A DNA stretch of 64,000 nt from Octopus bimaculoides (taxonomy: Eukaryota). The notes beneath the pieces are model-generated. The model searched no databases. It was not told the DNA's origin and was given only the letters and a program-made list of their open reading frames with translations. Position 1 is the stretch's first letter. Each line of letters opens with the position of its first letter. Location: the NCBI RefSeq assembly GCF_001194135.2, contig NC_068982.1:58710029-58774028 (forward strand). Reading direction: 5' to 3'. The position numbers and the translations under genes are program-made. Shown here piece after piece: positions 12,864 to 26,964 of this stretch.

Positions 12864-13850
12864 GGCGACGAGCTAGCAGAATCGTTAGCACGCGGGGCGA
12901 AATGCTTTGCGGTAGTTCTGACTTCAAATTCCGCCGAGGTCGACTTTGCCTTTCATCCTTTCGGGGTCGATTAAATAAGTACCCGTTAGGCACTGGGGTC
13001 GATGTAATCAGCTAGTCCCCTCCACTAAAATTTCCGGCCCTGTGCCTTTAGTAGAAAGGATTCTTCTTCTTCTTCTTCTTATTATTATTATTGTAAATGT
13101 CACTTAAGTACTGGGATCGATTAATCGACCAACATCCTCCACCAAAATCTCAAGCCTTGTGGCTATAGTAGAAAGAATGATTATTATTGGTATAAAGGAT
13201 TAGATAAGTGGCAGAATCGGTAGAGTATCGGACAAAAAGCAATATCCGAATTTAGTAACATACGTTGAAGTTCTGAATTTAAATGCTGCCAAGATAGACC
13301 GGCCTGGTATTTTTAGGGATCAGTTAGTTTAAATTATCTATCAATACAGTCCTGAAGAACTGATACATAACTAGTTCCACTCCTGTCTTCCCGCAAGATG
13401 GCGAACTTTTAGCTTTTGACTGCATTCAAACGTTATCATGCAGAGCAAAATGCTTAGCGGCCTTTCGTCCGTTTTTACTTTCTGAGTTCAAATTCCAGCG
13501 AGATCAACTTTACTTTTCATTCTTTGGGGGGTCGATAAATTAAGTACCAGTTATGTATTAGGGTCGATGTAATTGACTTGTCCCCTTCCTAAAAATTTCA
13601 GACCTTGTGCCTTTAGTAAAAAAGATTATTATTGGCAGAATCGTTAGCACGCCGGGCAAAATGCTTGCGGCATTTCGTCCGTCTTTACGTTCTGAGTTCA
13701 ACTTCCGCTGGGGTCGACTTTGCCTTTCATCTTTCCAGGGATTGATAGAATAAGTGCCAGTTGAACACTGAGGAGGTCGATGTAATTGACTTACCCCTAC
13801 TCCGAAATTTCAGGCCTTGTGCCTTTAGTAGAAAGGAATATTATTATTGT
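12380..13850 (+). mobile_element. Head-to-tail train of about 7 family B SINE copies or fragments separated by (ATT)n tails
   Basis: Copies start near 12380, 12610, 12862, 13085, 13205, 13440 and 13633, all on the plus strand. Confidence 0.82.
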
Positions 13851-13912
13851 TACTGACATTCAAAACGGAATACTGAAAACTGGACGTCTGAATATATAAG
13901 TGCGCATGTGCG

Positions 13913-13957
<45 letters not shown>

Positions 13958-14348
13958 GCGTGTGTGTGTGTGTGCGTGTGTGTGTGTGGCGAATGCTGAC
14001 GATATTATTACGTCTGTGTATTCCACTTTTATTTGAAATTCGCGAAGTAAAAAGAAAAAAAGAAACGGAAATGTGAGGCTTTTGTTACATTTTTTTTCGC
14101 TGCTGCTGCCGTTGTGCCGTTGATTATATCATCATCATCAACATCGTCATCATCATCTACATCGTCATCATCATCATTATCATCATCATCATTCGCATCC
14201 TCATCATCATCATCATCATTATTGTTATTATTATTATTATTATCTTAATAGTTTGCAAGAGGTGTAAACCAATTAGATTGAATGAATACGCTTATGTAGA
14301 TACGTGTCTGATAATGTATGTATGTGTGTGTATGTATGTATGTATGTG

Positions 14349-14379
<31 letters not shown>

Positions 14380-14694
14380 GTATGTATGTATGTATGTATG
14401 TATGTAGGTGTGTGTGCGTGTATGTGTCTGAAAATGTATCAACCTGTGTGTATATATCTACGTATATATGTATATATATATATGTGTGTATGCATGATTA
14501 GGTATGTGAGTGTGTGTATCTGAATATAGAAATATATATATATATATATATACCTGTTTCACTATATATGTAAGAGTGTGTGAGTGGGTGTGTGTCTGTG
14601 TGTGTGCGCGCGCGGTCATGTATTGTGTATGTTACTATGTATGCGCGTCCGGATTAGGCGCGCATAAGCACATACGTGTATGTATGTGATCGCG

Positions 14695-15095
14695 TGTAAG
14701 CAATATGCTTTCCGATCACATGATACCGGCTTCAGTTCCACTGCATGGCACCTTGGGCACGTGTCATCTACCATAGCCCCGGGTAGACCAAAACCTTGTG
14801 AATGGATTTGGTTAACGGAAACTGAAAGAAGCCCGTCGTACGTGTGAGTGTGTGTGAGTCTTCGAGTATGTGTGTGTTTGTGTATGTGTTCGTATATGTG
14901 TTTGTACTCCACCACTGCTTGACTGTGTTTGTGTGCTTACGTTCCCCTAACATAGCAGTTGGGCAAAATGAACCGATACAATAAGTACCAGACTCAAAAT
15001 GGTAAGTGCCGGGGTCAGTTTATTCAAACTAAATTCTTCGATGGGCACTGCCTTAACATGCCGCACTGTAATGATTGAAGTAAGTGAAAGATAAT
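14695..15095 (+). mobile_element. Family A SINE, diverged
   Basis: CACTGCATGGCACCTTGGGCAC...GGAAACTGAAAGAAGCCCGTCG...AATAAGTACC...CCTTAACATGCCGCAC. Confidence 0.78.
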
Positions 15096-15113
15096 ACAAT
15101 ATAATATAATATA

Positions 15114-15187
<74 letters not shown>

Positions 15188-15837
15188 GTATATATATGCA
15201 TATATATATATATATACATATATGCATATATATATATATACATATATATATATANNNNNNNNNNNNNNNNNNNNNNNNNNNNNNNNNNNNNNNNNNNNNN
15301 NNNNNNNNNNNNNNNNNNNNNNNNNNNNNNNNNNNNNNNNNNNNNNNNNNNNNNNNNNNNNNNNNNNNNNNNNNNNNNNNNNNNNNNNNNNNNNNNNNNN
15401 NNNNNNNNNNNNNNNNNNNNNNNNNNNNNNNNNNNNNNNNNNNNNNNNNNNNNNNNNNNNNNNNNNNNNNNNNNNNNNNNNNNNNNNNNNNNNNNNNNNN
15501 NNNNNNNNNNNNNNNNNNNNNNNNNNNNNNNNNNNNNNNNNNNNNNNNNNNNNNNNNNNNNNNNNNNNNNNNNNNNNNNNNNNNNNNNATATATATATAT
15601 ACATGCACACACACACACACACACACATATATAAAGTTTTTACTTTCAACATGTATGAGGCACCACCGTGAAAGGATTTTGCCGAAGGAACCAATCCCTG
15701 TATTCTACGCACAGTTTGGTGCTTATTACATCAATCTCTAGTGCCGATCCGCTATGTTACAGGGACATAGACAAACCGAAAACTGTTAAGATTTTGTGTG
15801 AAAGGGAACAAATAATGACACGCACACATACCTAATA

Positions 15838-15879
<42 letters not shown>

Positions 15880-15910
15880 CATACATTATATATTATACAT
15901 ATATTAAATA

Positions 15911-16320
15911 GGCGGAGGAGTGGGTGTTTAGTAAATAGCTTGCTTTCCAACCACATAGTTTCGGGTTCAGTCCCACTGCGTGGCACTTTGGGCAAGTGTC
16001 TTCTGCTATAGCCTCGGGCCAACCGAAGCCTTGTGAGTGGATTTGGTAGACGGAAACTGAAAGAAGCCTGTCGTATGTATATGTATATATATATCTATGT
16101 ATGTGTGTGTCTGTGTTTGTTCCTCCGTCACCACTTGACAATCGTTGCCGGTGTGTTAACGTCCCCGTAACTTAGCGGTTAGGCAAAAACTGTCCGATAA
16201 AATAAGAACCAGGCCCAAAAAAATAAGTACTGGGGTCGATTCATTCGACTAAAAATTCAAGGCGGTGCCCCCAGCATGGACGCTGTCTAATGACTGAAAC
16301 AGGTAAAAGTAGAAGTAAAA
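15911..16320 (+). mobile_element. Family A SINE, full length
   Basis: All family A modules in order. Confidence 0.85.
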
Positions 16321-16353
16321 AATATGTATATACATACATACATACATACATAT

Positions 16354-16385
<32 letters not shown>

Positions 16386-17169
16386 GTGTGTGTGTGNNNN
16401 NNNNNNNNNNNNNNNNNNNNNNNNNNNNNNNNNNNNNNNNNNNNNNNNNNNNNNNNNNNNNNNNNNNNNNNNNNNNNNNNNNNNNNNNNNNNNNNNNNNN
16501 NNNNNNNNNNNNNNNNNNNNNNNNNNNNNNNNNNNNNNNNNNNNNNNNNNNNNNNNNNNNNNNNNNNNNNNNNNNNNNNNNNNNNNNNNNNNNNNNNNNN
16601 NNNNNNNNNNNNNNNNNNNNNNNNNNNNNNNNNNNNNNNNNNNNNNNNNNNNNNNNNNNNNNNNNNNNNNNNNNNNNNNNNNNNNNNNNNNNNNNNNNNN
16701 NNNNNNNNNNNNNNNNNNNNNNNNNNNNNNNNNNNNNNNNNNNNNNNNNNNNNNNNNNNNNNNNNNNNNNNNNNNNNNNNNNNNNNNNNNNNNNNNNNNN
16801 NNNNNNNNNNNNNNNNNNNNNNNNNNNNNNNNNNNNNNNNNNNNNNNNNNNNNNNNNNNNNNNNNNNNNNNNNNNNNNNNNNNNNNNNNNNNNNNNNNNN
16901 NNNNNNNNNNNNNNNNNNNNNNNNNNNNNNNNNNNNNNNNNNNNNNNNNNNNNNNNNNNNNNNNNNNNNNNNNNNNNNNNNNNNNNNNNNNNNNNNNNNN
17001 NNNNNNNNNNNNNNNNNNNNNNNNNNNNNNNNNNNNNNNNNNNNNNNNNNNNNNNNNNNNNNNNNNNNNNNNNNNNNNNNNNNNNNNNNNNNNNNNNNNN
17101 NNNNNNNNNNNNATATATATATATATATAATGTGTGTGTGTGTCTGTCTGTGTGTATGCGTAGGCATGT

Positions 17170-17292
17170 CGGATTTCTTTCAGTTCCGCCTACAAAATCC
17201 ACTCACAAGGCTTTGGTCAGCCCGGAACTAAAACAGAGATGCCACGCAGTGAGATTGAACCTTGGACCACGTGTACGCGAAGCAAACTTCTT
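17170..17292 (-). mobile_element. Family A SINE 5' part
   Basis: TTTCAGTTCCGCCTACAAAATCCACTCACAAGGCTTTGGTC...GCCACGCAGTGAGATTGAACC. Confidence 0.72.
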
Positions 17293-17740
17293 GTACATAC
17301 ATGCATACATACATACATACATACATACATTCACACACATACATGTGCATGTGTGTATGTATGTATGTATGTATGTATGTAATTATGAATGTATGTGTTT
17401 GTGTCCCACTCACATGCAGCGCATGTATACTTTTAAATATATATACACGCGCATGCATACAAACAACCATACATACTTACATAAATACGAATAAGTGTGT
17501 GGGTTTGTGTGTGTATACATATTTATATATATATGTGCCTGTTTATATACAGAAATACACATAGAGAAACAGATAAAAATACATATACATGCACACATGC
17601 ATATATCTACGCATACATGCATAAATACATCGATCTTTCCATGATTGTAAGTATGTCTAGACGGATGGATGATACAGGAGTGGAAGACATTCAATAAATG
17701 AGCTGAACTTATTTAGGCGCAAGATTTCCTTTTTTTAGAG

Positions 17741-17782
<42 letters not shown>

Positions 17783-18556
17783 GTGTCTGTGAGAGTGTGT
17801 ATATGCATATTTATATACAAATGCATTTATATATATATGCCTATATCTACGTATAAGTTATATATAATATATATATATANNNNNNNNNNNNNNNNNNNNN
17901 NNNNNNNNNNNNNNNNNNNNNNNNNNNNNNNNNNNNNNNNNNNNNNNNNNNNNNNNNNNNNNNNNNNNNNNNNNNNNNNNNNNNNNNNNNNNNNNNNNNN
18001 NNNNNNNNNNNNNNNNNNNNNNNNNNNNNNNNNNNNNNNNNNNNNNNNNNNNNNNNNNNNNNNNNNNNNNNNNNNNNNNNNNNNNNNNNNNNNNNNNNNN
18101 NNNNNNNNNNNNNNNNNNNNNNNNNNNNNNNNNNNNNNNNNNNNNNNNNNNNNNNNNNNNNNNNNNNNNNNNNNNNNNNNNNNNNNNNNNNNNNNNNNNN
18201 NNNNNNNNNNNNNNNNNNNNNNNNNNNNNNNNNNNNNNNNNNNNNNNNNNNNNNNNNNNNNNNNNNNNNNNNNNNNNNNNNNNNNNNNNNNNNNNNNNNN
18301 NNNNNNNNNNNNNNNNNNNNNNNNNNNNNNNNNNNNNNNNNNNNNNNNNNNNNNNNNNNNNNNNNNNNNNNNNNNNNNNNNNNNNNNNNNNNNNNNNNNN
18401 NNNNNNNNNNNNNNNNNNNNNNNNNNNNNNNNNNNNNNNNNNNNNNNNNNNNNNNNNNNNNNNNNNNNNNNNNNNNNNNNNNNNNNNNNNNNNNNNNNNN
18501 NNNNNNNNNNNNNNNNNNNNNNNNNNNNNNNNNNNNNNNNNNNNNNNNNNNNNNNN

Positions 18557-18607
<51 letters not shown>

Positions 18608-18871
18608 TTCAGGCCAGCGAATTCGTACATATTTACATATAAGTATGTATGTATGTATGTATGTATGTATGCATGTATATATGTATGGAGGTATGTTAAT
18701 ATATGTATATATATATGTATGTATGTATGTATATATATGTATATAAACATACATATTTGCGTTTTGAGCAGCCTGCTTTCCAACTACTTGGTTCTGGGTT
18801 CAGTCCCACAGCGTGGCACCTTGGGCAAGTATCTTCTACTACAACTATGGGCCGATATGCGTGTGTGTGTG

Positions 18872-18949
<78 letters not shown>

Positions 18950-21121
18950 TGTGCATTTGTTTGCTTGCATGTGTCGGGAGCTGAGAATCGTGGTGGTGGT
19001 AGCGGTGTAGATAAGTATCTTAAGCTATGTACATGTTAGAAACTACTATACACGTGTGTGTAATACAGGCGTACTTGTATCTGTACTGCTGTAAACATAC
19101 ATACATACATACATGTATGAGTGTGTATATACATATATATATACGTCATATGTAAACATATAAGTTTGTTTTTGAAGCGTTGAAATGTATTGTAGAACAA
19201 ATAGAAAGATATATATATATATTGATAGAAAGGACAACAAAAGAAAGAATGAGACCTCGATATTATGTAAACAGAGGAATTTATCTGTAAAAAATATATC
19301 GCATATCGGTCCATAGTTGTAGTAGAAGATACTTGCTCAAGGTGCCACGCTCTGGGACTGAACCCCGGCATCCGAAACTCGGAGTTTTATCATGGCTACC
19401 GAATAAGTGTNNNNNNNNNNNNNNNNNNNNNNNNNNNNNNNNNNNNNNNNNNNNNNNNNNNNNNNNNNNNNNNNNNNNNNNNNNNNNNNNNNNNNNNNNN
19501 NNNNNNNNNNGAAGGAGATAGTGCCAGGCGAAATATCTTTGAGGGGTCGAGAAAAGCGGAGCGAGAAAAGAGAGCTTGAAAGGAGAGCTTGAATAAATAA
19601 TATGTCATGAAACCATTCATCATTTAGAATCAGAGGCCTCTGTAGTGGCGGTGCACCAGGAAGAATGTGGACCACATGTTATTGTGGCCGGTGACTTCAC
19701 GACGATCACAAGGGTGAACTTTTCAATAATACGGCCAAAGATATTTCTTTGCGCTGTATCAGCAATGACCTAGTTGTGGGACCAATACGAAATTGTGGGT
19801 TTCACTTCATCTTAGTAAGTGTAATCTAGATACGCCTAACTACAAGATAACGTAGTTTTCATTAATGCTTCTAAAAAGGGAGGGATTGCAAGAGTTATAT
19901 TATTAAGGTAATGTCGTTAGTGTATATTATTTCTGATTCTGATAATATTTTATATCACGTTATATCATATTATATATAACATAATTTAATGTGACGCAAT
20001 TTATATACTATGGGTATATTGTATATATAAAAAAGATAAACACACACACACATACATATACGTAAATACATATGTACATGCGAGTGAACATGCGCACACA
20101 CACATATATAGTGTAAGTTACATATATTAAATACATTATATGTGTGTATGTGTAAACTTAACCCATTACCTACCAGTGATCTCATATGAGATCGCTTAAA
20201 AATTACAAATTTCGTAATAATCTGTCAATATTTATACATATCTAACCTTTTTGCTATATCTACTAGGTATATTTCTCTGATATTCAAATGAGGTTTGCTA
20301 ATTTTTCACCCAATATCTCGCTTATTTCTATTTAAAATGTTATTTTGAAATGTTATTTTGATCATTCCAGCGTGTTTCTAAGACTGTTTTATGCTAGAAA
20401 TCAAAGTTTCATAAAAAAAAATTCCAGTTAATAGAATTATGGGAGGTAATGGGTTAATATATATATATATATGCATATCCTTACATACTACATATGTGTA
20501 AACAGTCACATATTAAACAACCAGAACAGGTAAAAATCTACTAGAAACTGAAATTTCACGCTTATAAACACATACACACATAGGATATATACGTGTGCGT
20601 GTGTGTCTGTACACGCCCGCGTGTGAGTGCATATAAAGCAAAGTAGTATATTTTTGATTCATCAAGCTATCTATTTAATCACCAAGCGCACAATGTTTCA
20701 ACAAGTAGTTGGTGCTATTATTTAACTTCTCGGGGAATTAAGCAAGGAGGAATAACCACTACCACACATCCAAATACACTACTGAAAAAAAAAAAAGAAA
20801 AAAAGATGGAATATACACAATGTTTGCGACAAGTTATCTGACGGGACGACCAAATATTTCGGTGATAATTCATCGCGTCAGCTGCTGCTGAACTAAAGAT
20901 GTATACTTAAATTAGCTACACGATAATACATACTGTGAATATAAAATACTGACTCTTAAGAAAAGGTACGGAAAAATAACATAAGGGTAATGAACTGGAG
21001 GAATATTATGAATTGGGCCGTTTGCCAGGGGCTGTATCGAAGATGGGGGAACCAAACCCCTAGACAGAATATTTTGACATAATCGCGGATAGTTTACAGC
21101 AGGAGTATCAGGCATTTGTCC

Positions 21122-21177
<56 letters not shown>

Positions 21178-21394
21178 GTCGGCCTGTCTGTCTGTTTATT
21201 TGTCTGTCTGTCTGTCTGTCTGTCTATCTGTCTGCTTGCTTGTGTGTCTGTCTATACACAAACACATATATTTGTGTTCATGTGCATGCGTGCACATCAG
21301 TGTAGGGGCTCCACCCTGAAGGCTTTAGTTAATGGCAATACTTACATAACAGACAGGTACTTATCTTTCCTTTCCCTTCTAGTCGAATTGCTAT

Positions 21395-21470
21395 TAATAC
21401 ACACACACACACACACAGACATATATATATATATATATAATACAAAAAATATGAGTATAAGCATATATAC

Positions 21471-21515
<45 letters not shown>

Positions 21516-21521
21516 GTATAC

Positions 21522-21560
<39 letters not shown>

Positions 21561-21732
21561 CAAATATACATATGCATATAAATATGTATATATGTTTTAA
21601 TATATATATATACATATGTATAGATATGAGTGTATATATATATATGCATATATGTATGTATACATATGTATATATATGTATACATGCACACACACACATA
21701 TATATACACGTATATATATTCATATATATACT

Positions 21733-21772
<40 letters not shown>

Positions 21773-21830
21773 CGTACTTCTATATCTATATAAATATGAA
21801 TATATATACAGATATATTTATCTCTATATN
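21395..21830. repeat. Long degenerate (TA)/(CA)/(TACA) microsatellite field, representative of dozens in the window
   Basis: Directly visible. Similar fields occur at 2860-3130, 15110-15255, 32170-32420, 49090-49525 and 54280-54605. Confidence 0.95.
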
Positions 21831-22032
21831 NNNNNNNNNNNNNNNNNNNNNNNNNNNNNNNNNNNNNNNNNNNNNNNNNNNNNNNNNNNNNNNNNNNNNN
21901 NNNNNNNNNNNNNNNNNNNNNNNNNNNNNNNNNNNNNNNNNNNNNNNNNNNNNNNNNNNNNNNNNNNNNNNNNNNNNNNNNNNNNNNNNNNNNNNNNNNN
22001 NNNNNNNNNNNNNNNNNNNNNNNNNNNNNNNN

Positions 22033-22089
<57 letters not shown>

Positions 22090-22090
22090 T

Positions 22091-22272
22091 CTTTTATTCT
22101 TTCACTCGTTTCAGTCATTTGACTGCGGCCATGCTGGAGCACCGCCTTTAGTCGAACAAATCGATCCCAGGACTTATTCTTTGTAAGCCTAATACATATT
22201 CTATCGGTCACTTTTTGGCGAACCGCTAATTTACGGGGACGCAAACTTCTTGCCACACAGCCACGCCTGCGC
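22091..22272 (-). mobile_element. Family A SINE with a large internal deletion
   Basis: The 3' half is joined directly to the head (CTTCTTGCCACACAGCCACGCCTGCGC). Confidence 0.82.
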
Positions 22273-22789
22273 ATATATCGACTGGAATTCGGCAAAGTGC
22301 TACTTCTGGATGCCTTTTTAGTTCACAACCCCTACTTCTTCCCAAGCAACGTAATATTTGCTCATAGGGAAACATGTCTCTAACTGAAGAATGCGAATAA
22401 TGGACACCGCGTGTGTGCCAGTGACACTTGTTTACAAGTTTCACGGTAACTTTAAACTAAGAGACACTAACATATTTTTTCTCACATATACACATAAATA
22501 TATGAACATATATATATATATACGTGTGTATGTGTGTGTGTTTGTGTACACAAACACATACATATGTATACATGTATATAAAAATATGTATCTATGTGTC
22601 TATACATATGTATATATACGTGTGTGTGTGTATCATGTATATGTGTACATATATGCATATATATGTGTGCGTATAGATATATATATATATCTATACACAC
22701 ACATATATTGATAGATATACAAACATATACTTGCACACACAAACACACTTAAAAAATGGATCAAAGGTCATTTTACAGTCATAAGCTAG

Positions 22790-22990
22790 TAAGGTCGGAT
22801 TCTGTGGCCGGACTCCTGCATTTTCCAGCCAGCCACTGGGCGGTACGCTAATCCATCGCAGCATTGCTCAGTTTTTGGACTGGAGCAACGTGAAATGAAG
22901 TGTTTTGCTCAATAACACAACGCAGTGCCTGGTCGACGAATCGTAAACAAAATCTTGCGATCATTAAGCGCAACAAACACCCTAACACCT
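22790..22990 (-). mobile_element. Family C SINE with another tail type
   Basis: GGACTGGAGCAACGTGAAATGAAGTGTTTTGCTCAATAACACAACGC...CCCTAAC. Confidence 0.72.
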
Positions 22991-23049
22991 ACGCTACGTG
23001 TCTCTGTTCGCACCCGCCTCCACGCGCACGCACAGACCCCGCTCCACAC

Positions 23050-23190
23050 AAGACGGGTCTCTTTTGGCTTCCGTTTACCAGATCTATTCACAAGTCTTTG
23101 GTTGATCCGGGGGTTGTACTTGAAGACATCTGCCCAATGTGCCACGCAGTGGGACTTAAACTGGGACCATGCGGCTATGAAGTGTACCTA
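23050..23190 (-). mobile_element. Family A SINE 5' part, diverged
   Basis: CTTCCGTTTACCAGATCTATTCACAAG...TGCCACGCAGTGGGACT. Confidence 0.7.
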
Positions 23191-24023
23191 CGAAGCACAT
23201 AGTCACCTTTCATATANNNNNNNNNNNNNNNNNNNNNNNNNNNNNNNNNNNNNNNNNNNNNNNNNNNNNNNNNNNNNNNNNNNNNNNNNNNNNNNNNNNN
23301 NNNNNNNNNNNNNNNNNNNNNNNNNNNNNNNNNNNNNNNNNNNNNNNNNNNNNNNNNNNNNNNNNNNNNNNNNNNNNNNNNNNNNNNNNNNNNNNNNNNN
23401 NNNNNNNNNNNNNNNNNNNNNNNNNNNNNNNNNNNNNNNNNNNNNNNNNNNNNNNNNNNNNNNNNNNNNNNNNNNNNNNNNNNNNNNNNNNNNNNNNNNN
23501 NNNNNNNNNNNNNNNNNNNNNNNNNNNNNNNNNNNNNNNNNNNNNNNNNNNNNNNNNNNNNNNNNNNNNNNNNNNNNNNNNNNNNNNNNNNNNNNNNNNN
23601 NNNNNNNNNNNNNNNNNNNNNNNNNNNNNNNNNNNNNNNNNNNNNNNNNNNNNNNNNNNNNNNNNNNNNNNNNNNNNNNNNNNNNNNNNNNNNNNNNNNN
23701 NNNNNNNNNNNNNNNNNNNNNNNNNNNNNNNNNNNNNNNNNNNNNNNNNNNNNNNNNNNNNNNNNNNNNNNNNNNNNNNNNNNNNNNNNNNNNNNNNNNN
23801 NNNNNNNNNNNNNNNNNNNNNNNNNNNNNNNNNNNNNNNNNNNNNNNNNNNNNNNNNNNNNNNNNNNNNNNNNNNNNNNNNNNNNNNNNNNNNNNNNNNN
23901 NNNNNNNNNNNNNNNNNNNNNNNNNNNNNNNNNNNNNNNNNNNNNNNNNNNNNNNNNNNNNNNNNNNNNNNNNNNNNNNNNNNNNNNNNNNNNNNNNNNN
24001 NNNNNNNNNNNNNNNNNNNNNNN

Positions 24024-24068
<45 letters not shown>

Positions 24069-25401
24069 TAGTGTTTGTATATATTTCAGTGAGTTGTGTG
24101 TATGTGTGTAATTATGAGTGCATGTATGTATACACAGTTTGGCTAGCGGCTACAGAGACTGAATGGGCCGAAACAGTTATCCATTCAGCAGTGCTTCCAA
24201 CGCCACCATTACCACCGTCATCACAAGCCAACCACCCCAACGAACAGCAGCACCGCCAACATCATCCCCGTTATTCCAAAACATACGATTACTAGCTTCG
24301 CCACCAGACTCACTCTACCTCTTAAGTTTTCCTGCCAGCTAATTTTGGTATCTTTGTTTATGCGCGATGGCGGCAGCGGCGGAGGCGGTAGCGTTGACCT
24401 ATGTTCAATTTAAATGTTTCCACAGTTAAAATGACTCAGTAATTGCCTAAGTTAAATTTCTTGACAATCTGAGTACGGAAGATAACGAGTTCGAACCGCA
24501 TATATATATATATATATATATANNNNNNNNNNNNNNNNNNNNNNNNNNNNNNNNNNNNNNNNNNNNNNNNNNNNNNNNNNNNNNNNNNNNNNNNNNNNNN
24601 NNNNNNNNNNNNNNNNNNNNNNNNNNNNNNNNNNNNNNNNNNNNNNNNNNNNNNNNNNNNNNNNNNNNNNNNNNNNNNNNNNNNNNNNNNNNNNNNNNNN
24701 NNNNNNNNNNNNNNNNNNNNNNNNNNNNNNNNNNNNNNNNNNNNNNNNNNNNNNNNNNNNNNNNNNNNNNNNNNNNNNNNNNNNNNNNNNNNNNNNNNNN
24801 NNNNNNNNNNNNNNNNNNNNNNNNNNNNNNNNNNNNNNNNNNNNNNNNNNNNNNNNNNNNNNNNNNNNNNNNNNNNNNNNNNNNNNNNNNNNNNNNNNNN
24901 NNNNNNNNNNNNNNNNNNNNNNNNNNNNNNNNNNNNNNNNNNNNNNNNNNNNNNNNNNNNNNNNNNNNNNNNNNNNNNNNNNNNNNNNNNNNNNNNNNNN
25001 NNNNNNNNNNNNNNNNNNNNNNNNNNNNNNNNNNNNNNNNNNNNNNNNNNNNNNNNNNNNNNNNNNNNNNNNNNNNNNNNNNNNNNNNNNNNNNNNNNNN
25101 NNNNNNNNNNNNNNNNNNNNNNNNNNNNNNNNNNNNNNNNNNNNNNNNNNNNNNNNNNNNNNNNNNNNNNNNNNNNNNNNNNNNNNNNNNNNNNNNNNNN
25201 NNNNNNNNNNNNNNNNNNNNNNNNNNNNNNNNNNNNNNNNNNNNNNNNNNNNNNNNNNNNNNNNNNNNNNNNNNNNNNNNNNNNNNNNNNNNNNNNNNNN
25301 NNNNNNNNNNNNNNNNNNNNNNNNNNNNNNNNNNNNNNNNNNNNNNNNNNNNNNNNNNNNNNNNNNNNNNNNNNNTATATACTTACATATATATATATAT
25401 A

Positions 25402-25445
<44 letters not shown>

Positions 25446-25483
25446 AATATATATATATATATATATATAAATATATATATATC

Positions 25484-25705
25484 TTATTTTTTACTTGTTT
25501 CAGTCGTAAGACTGCAGCAGTCCTGGGGCACTGCCTTGAAGAATTTTTAGTCGGGGAAATCGATCCTAGTTTTTATATTTTAAGCCTGATACTTATTCCA
25601 TCGATCTCTTTTGCCGGACCTTAAATTACATGGACGTAAATGCACTAACACAGGCTGTCAAGCGATGGCGGGGGTAAAAACATAAACACGAAGACACACA
25701 CACAC

Positions 25706-25753
<48 letters not shown>

Positions 25754-25928
25754 CACGTCAGGCTTCTACCAGTTTCCGCCCACCAAATACACTCAGAAGG
25801 CTTTGATTGGCTCGAGGCTATAGTAGAAGAAACTCGCCCACAGTGCCACTTGCCCAAGGTGCCATGCAGTGGGACTGAACTAAGAACGACGTGGTTGGAA
25901 GGAAACTTCTTACCACACAGCCACGCCT
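25484..25928 (-). mobile_element. Family A SINE, full length
   Basis: All modules present; head-to-head with 26023-26186. Confidence 0.83.
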
Positions 25929-26022
25929 ATATGTGTGAGTGTATGTGTATACATATGTGAGAATATAGATGCAAACACACATACTCACAGACATAGATAT
26001 GAATATATTTTTTTCAAATATA

Positions 26023-26186
26023 GGCGTAGGAGTGGCTGTGTGGTAAGTAGCTTGCTTACCAACCACATGGTTCCGAGTTCAGTCTCACTGCGTGGCACCT
26101 TGAGCAAGTGTCTTCTACTATAGCCTCGGGCCGACCAAAGACTTGTGAATGGATTTGGTAGACGGAAACTGAAAGAAGCCAGTCGT
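26023..26186 (+). mobile_element. Family A SINE 5' half
   Basis: GGCGTAGGAGTGGCTGTGTGGTAAG...GGAAACTGAAAGAAGCC. Confidence 0.87.
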
Positions 26187-26964
26187 TTGATATATATATA
26201 GCGTGAGAGAGTTAGGGGTTCAACCCACTAAGGGATAGTATCTATCCAGTATACTGCTGGGAGGGTACTTTTGCTATGAATTAAATTAATGAATTCAACG
26301 GGATACACCGTCTGCAAGTAGTTGGGTTCAGCATATTATCCTCCATTTTCTAATTGTTATANNNNNNNNNNNNNNNNNNNNNNNNNNNNNNNNNNNNNNN
26401 NNNNNNNNNNNNNNNNNNNNNNNNNNNNNNNNNNNNNNNNNNNNNNNNNNNNNNNNNNNNNNNNNNNNNNNNNNNNNNNNNNNNNNNNNNNNNNNNNNNN
26501 NNNNNNNNNNNNNNNNNNNNNNNNNNNNNNNNNNNNNNNNNNNNNNNNNNNNNNNNNNNNNNNNNNNNNNNNNNNNNNNNNNNNNNNNNNNNNNNNNNNN
26601 NNNNNNNNNNNNNNNNNNNNNNNNNNNNNNNNNNNNNNNNNNNNNNNNNNNNNNNNNNNNNNNNNNNNNNNNNNNNNNNNNNNNNNNNNNNNNNNNNNNN
26701 NNNNNNNNNNNNNATATATACTCGTGTTTTGAGTTCTAATCTTCCTATTTGCATCGCCAAATCTACAGATACATTTACGTATAGTCCGAACTCAGATACG
26801 AGCACTCCTCATCGTATATTGCGTACATCATAATTAGTCCAAGTGTGCTATTTTCAACGAAGATTTCAATTACGAAATATGCAAAACGATTTGGGATGAA
26901 AAGATTAAGTCTTTACAATGATGGAATGAACTGCAAGAATGGGCTGGTGTTAGCAGATACAGGT

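Noticed and set aside
12380-13850. Regularly recurring motifs as a possible CRISPR or satellite array
   Set aside because: The units are diverged SINE copies of unequal length, not identical repeats with unique spacers, and the context is eukaryotic.
24160-24420. Pro/Gln/His- and Gly-rich GC island
   Set aside because: Degenerate CCA/CAG/GGC triplets with no consistent pair of splice sites or recognisable product.
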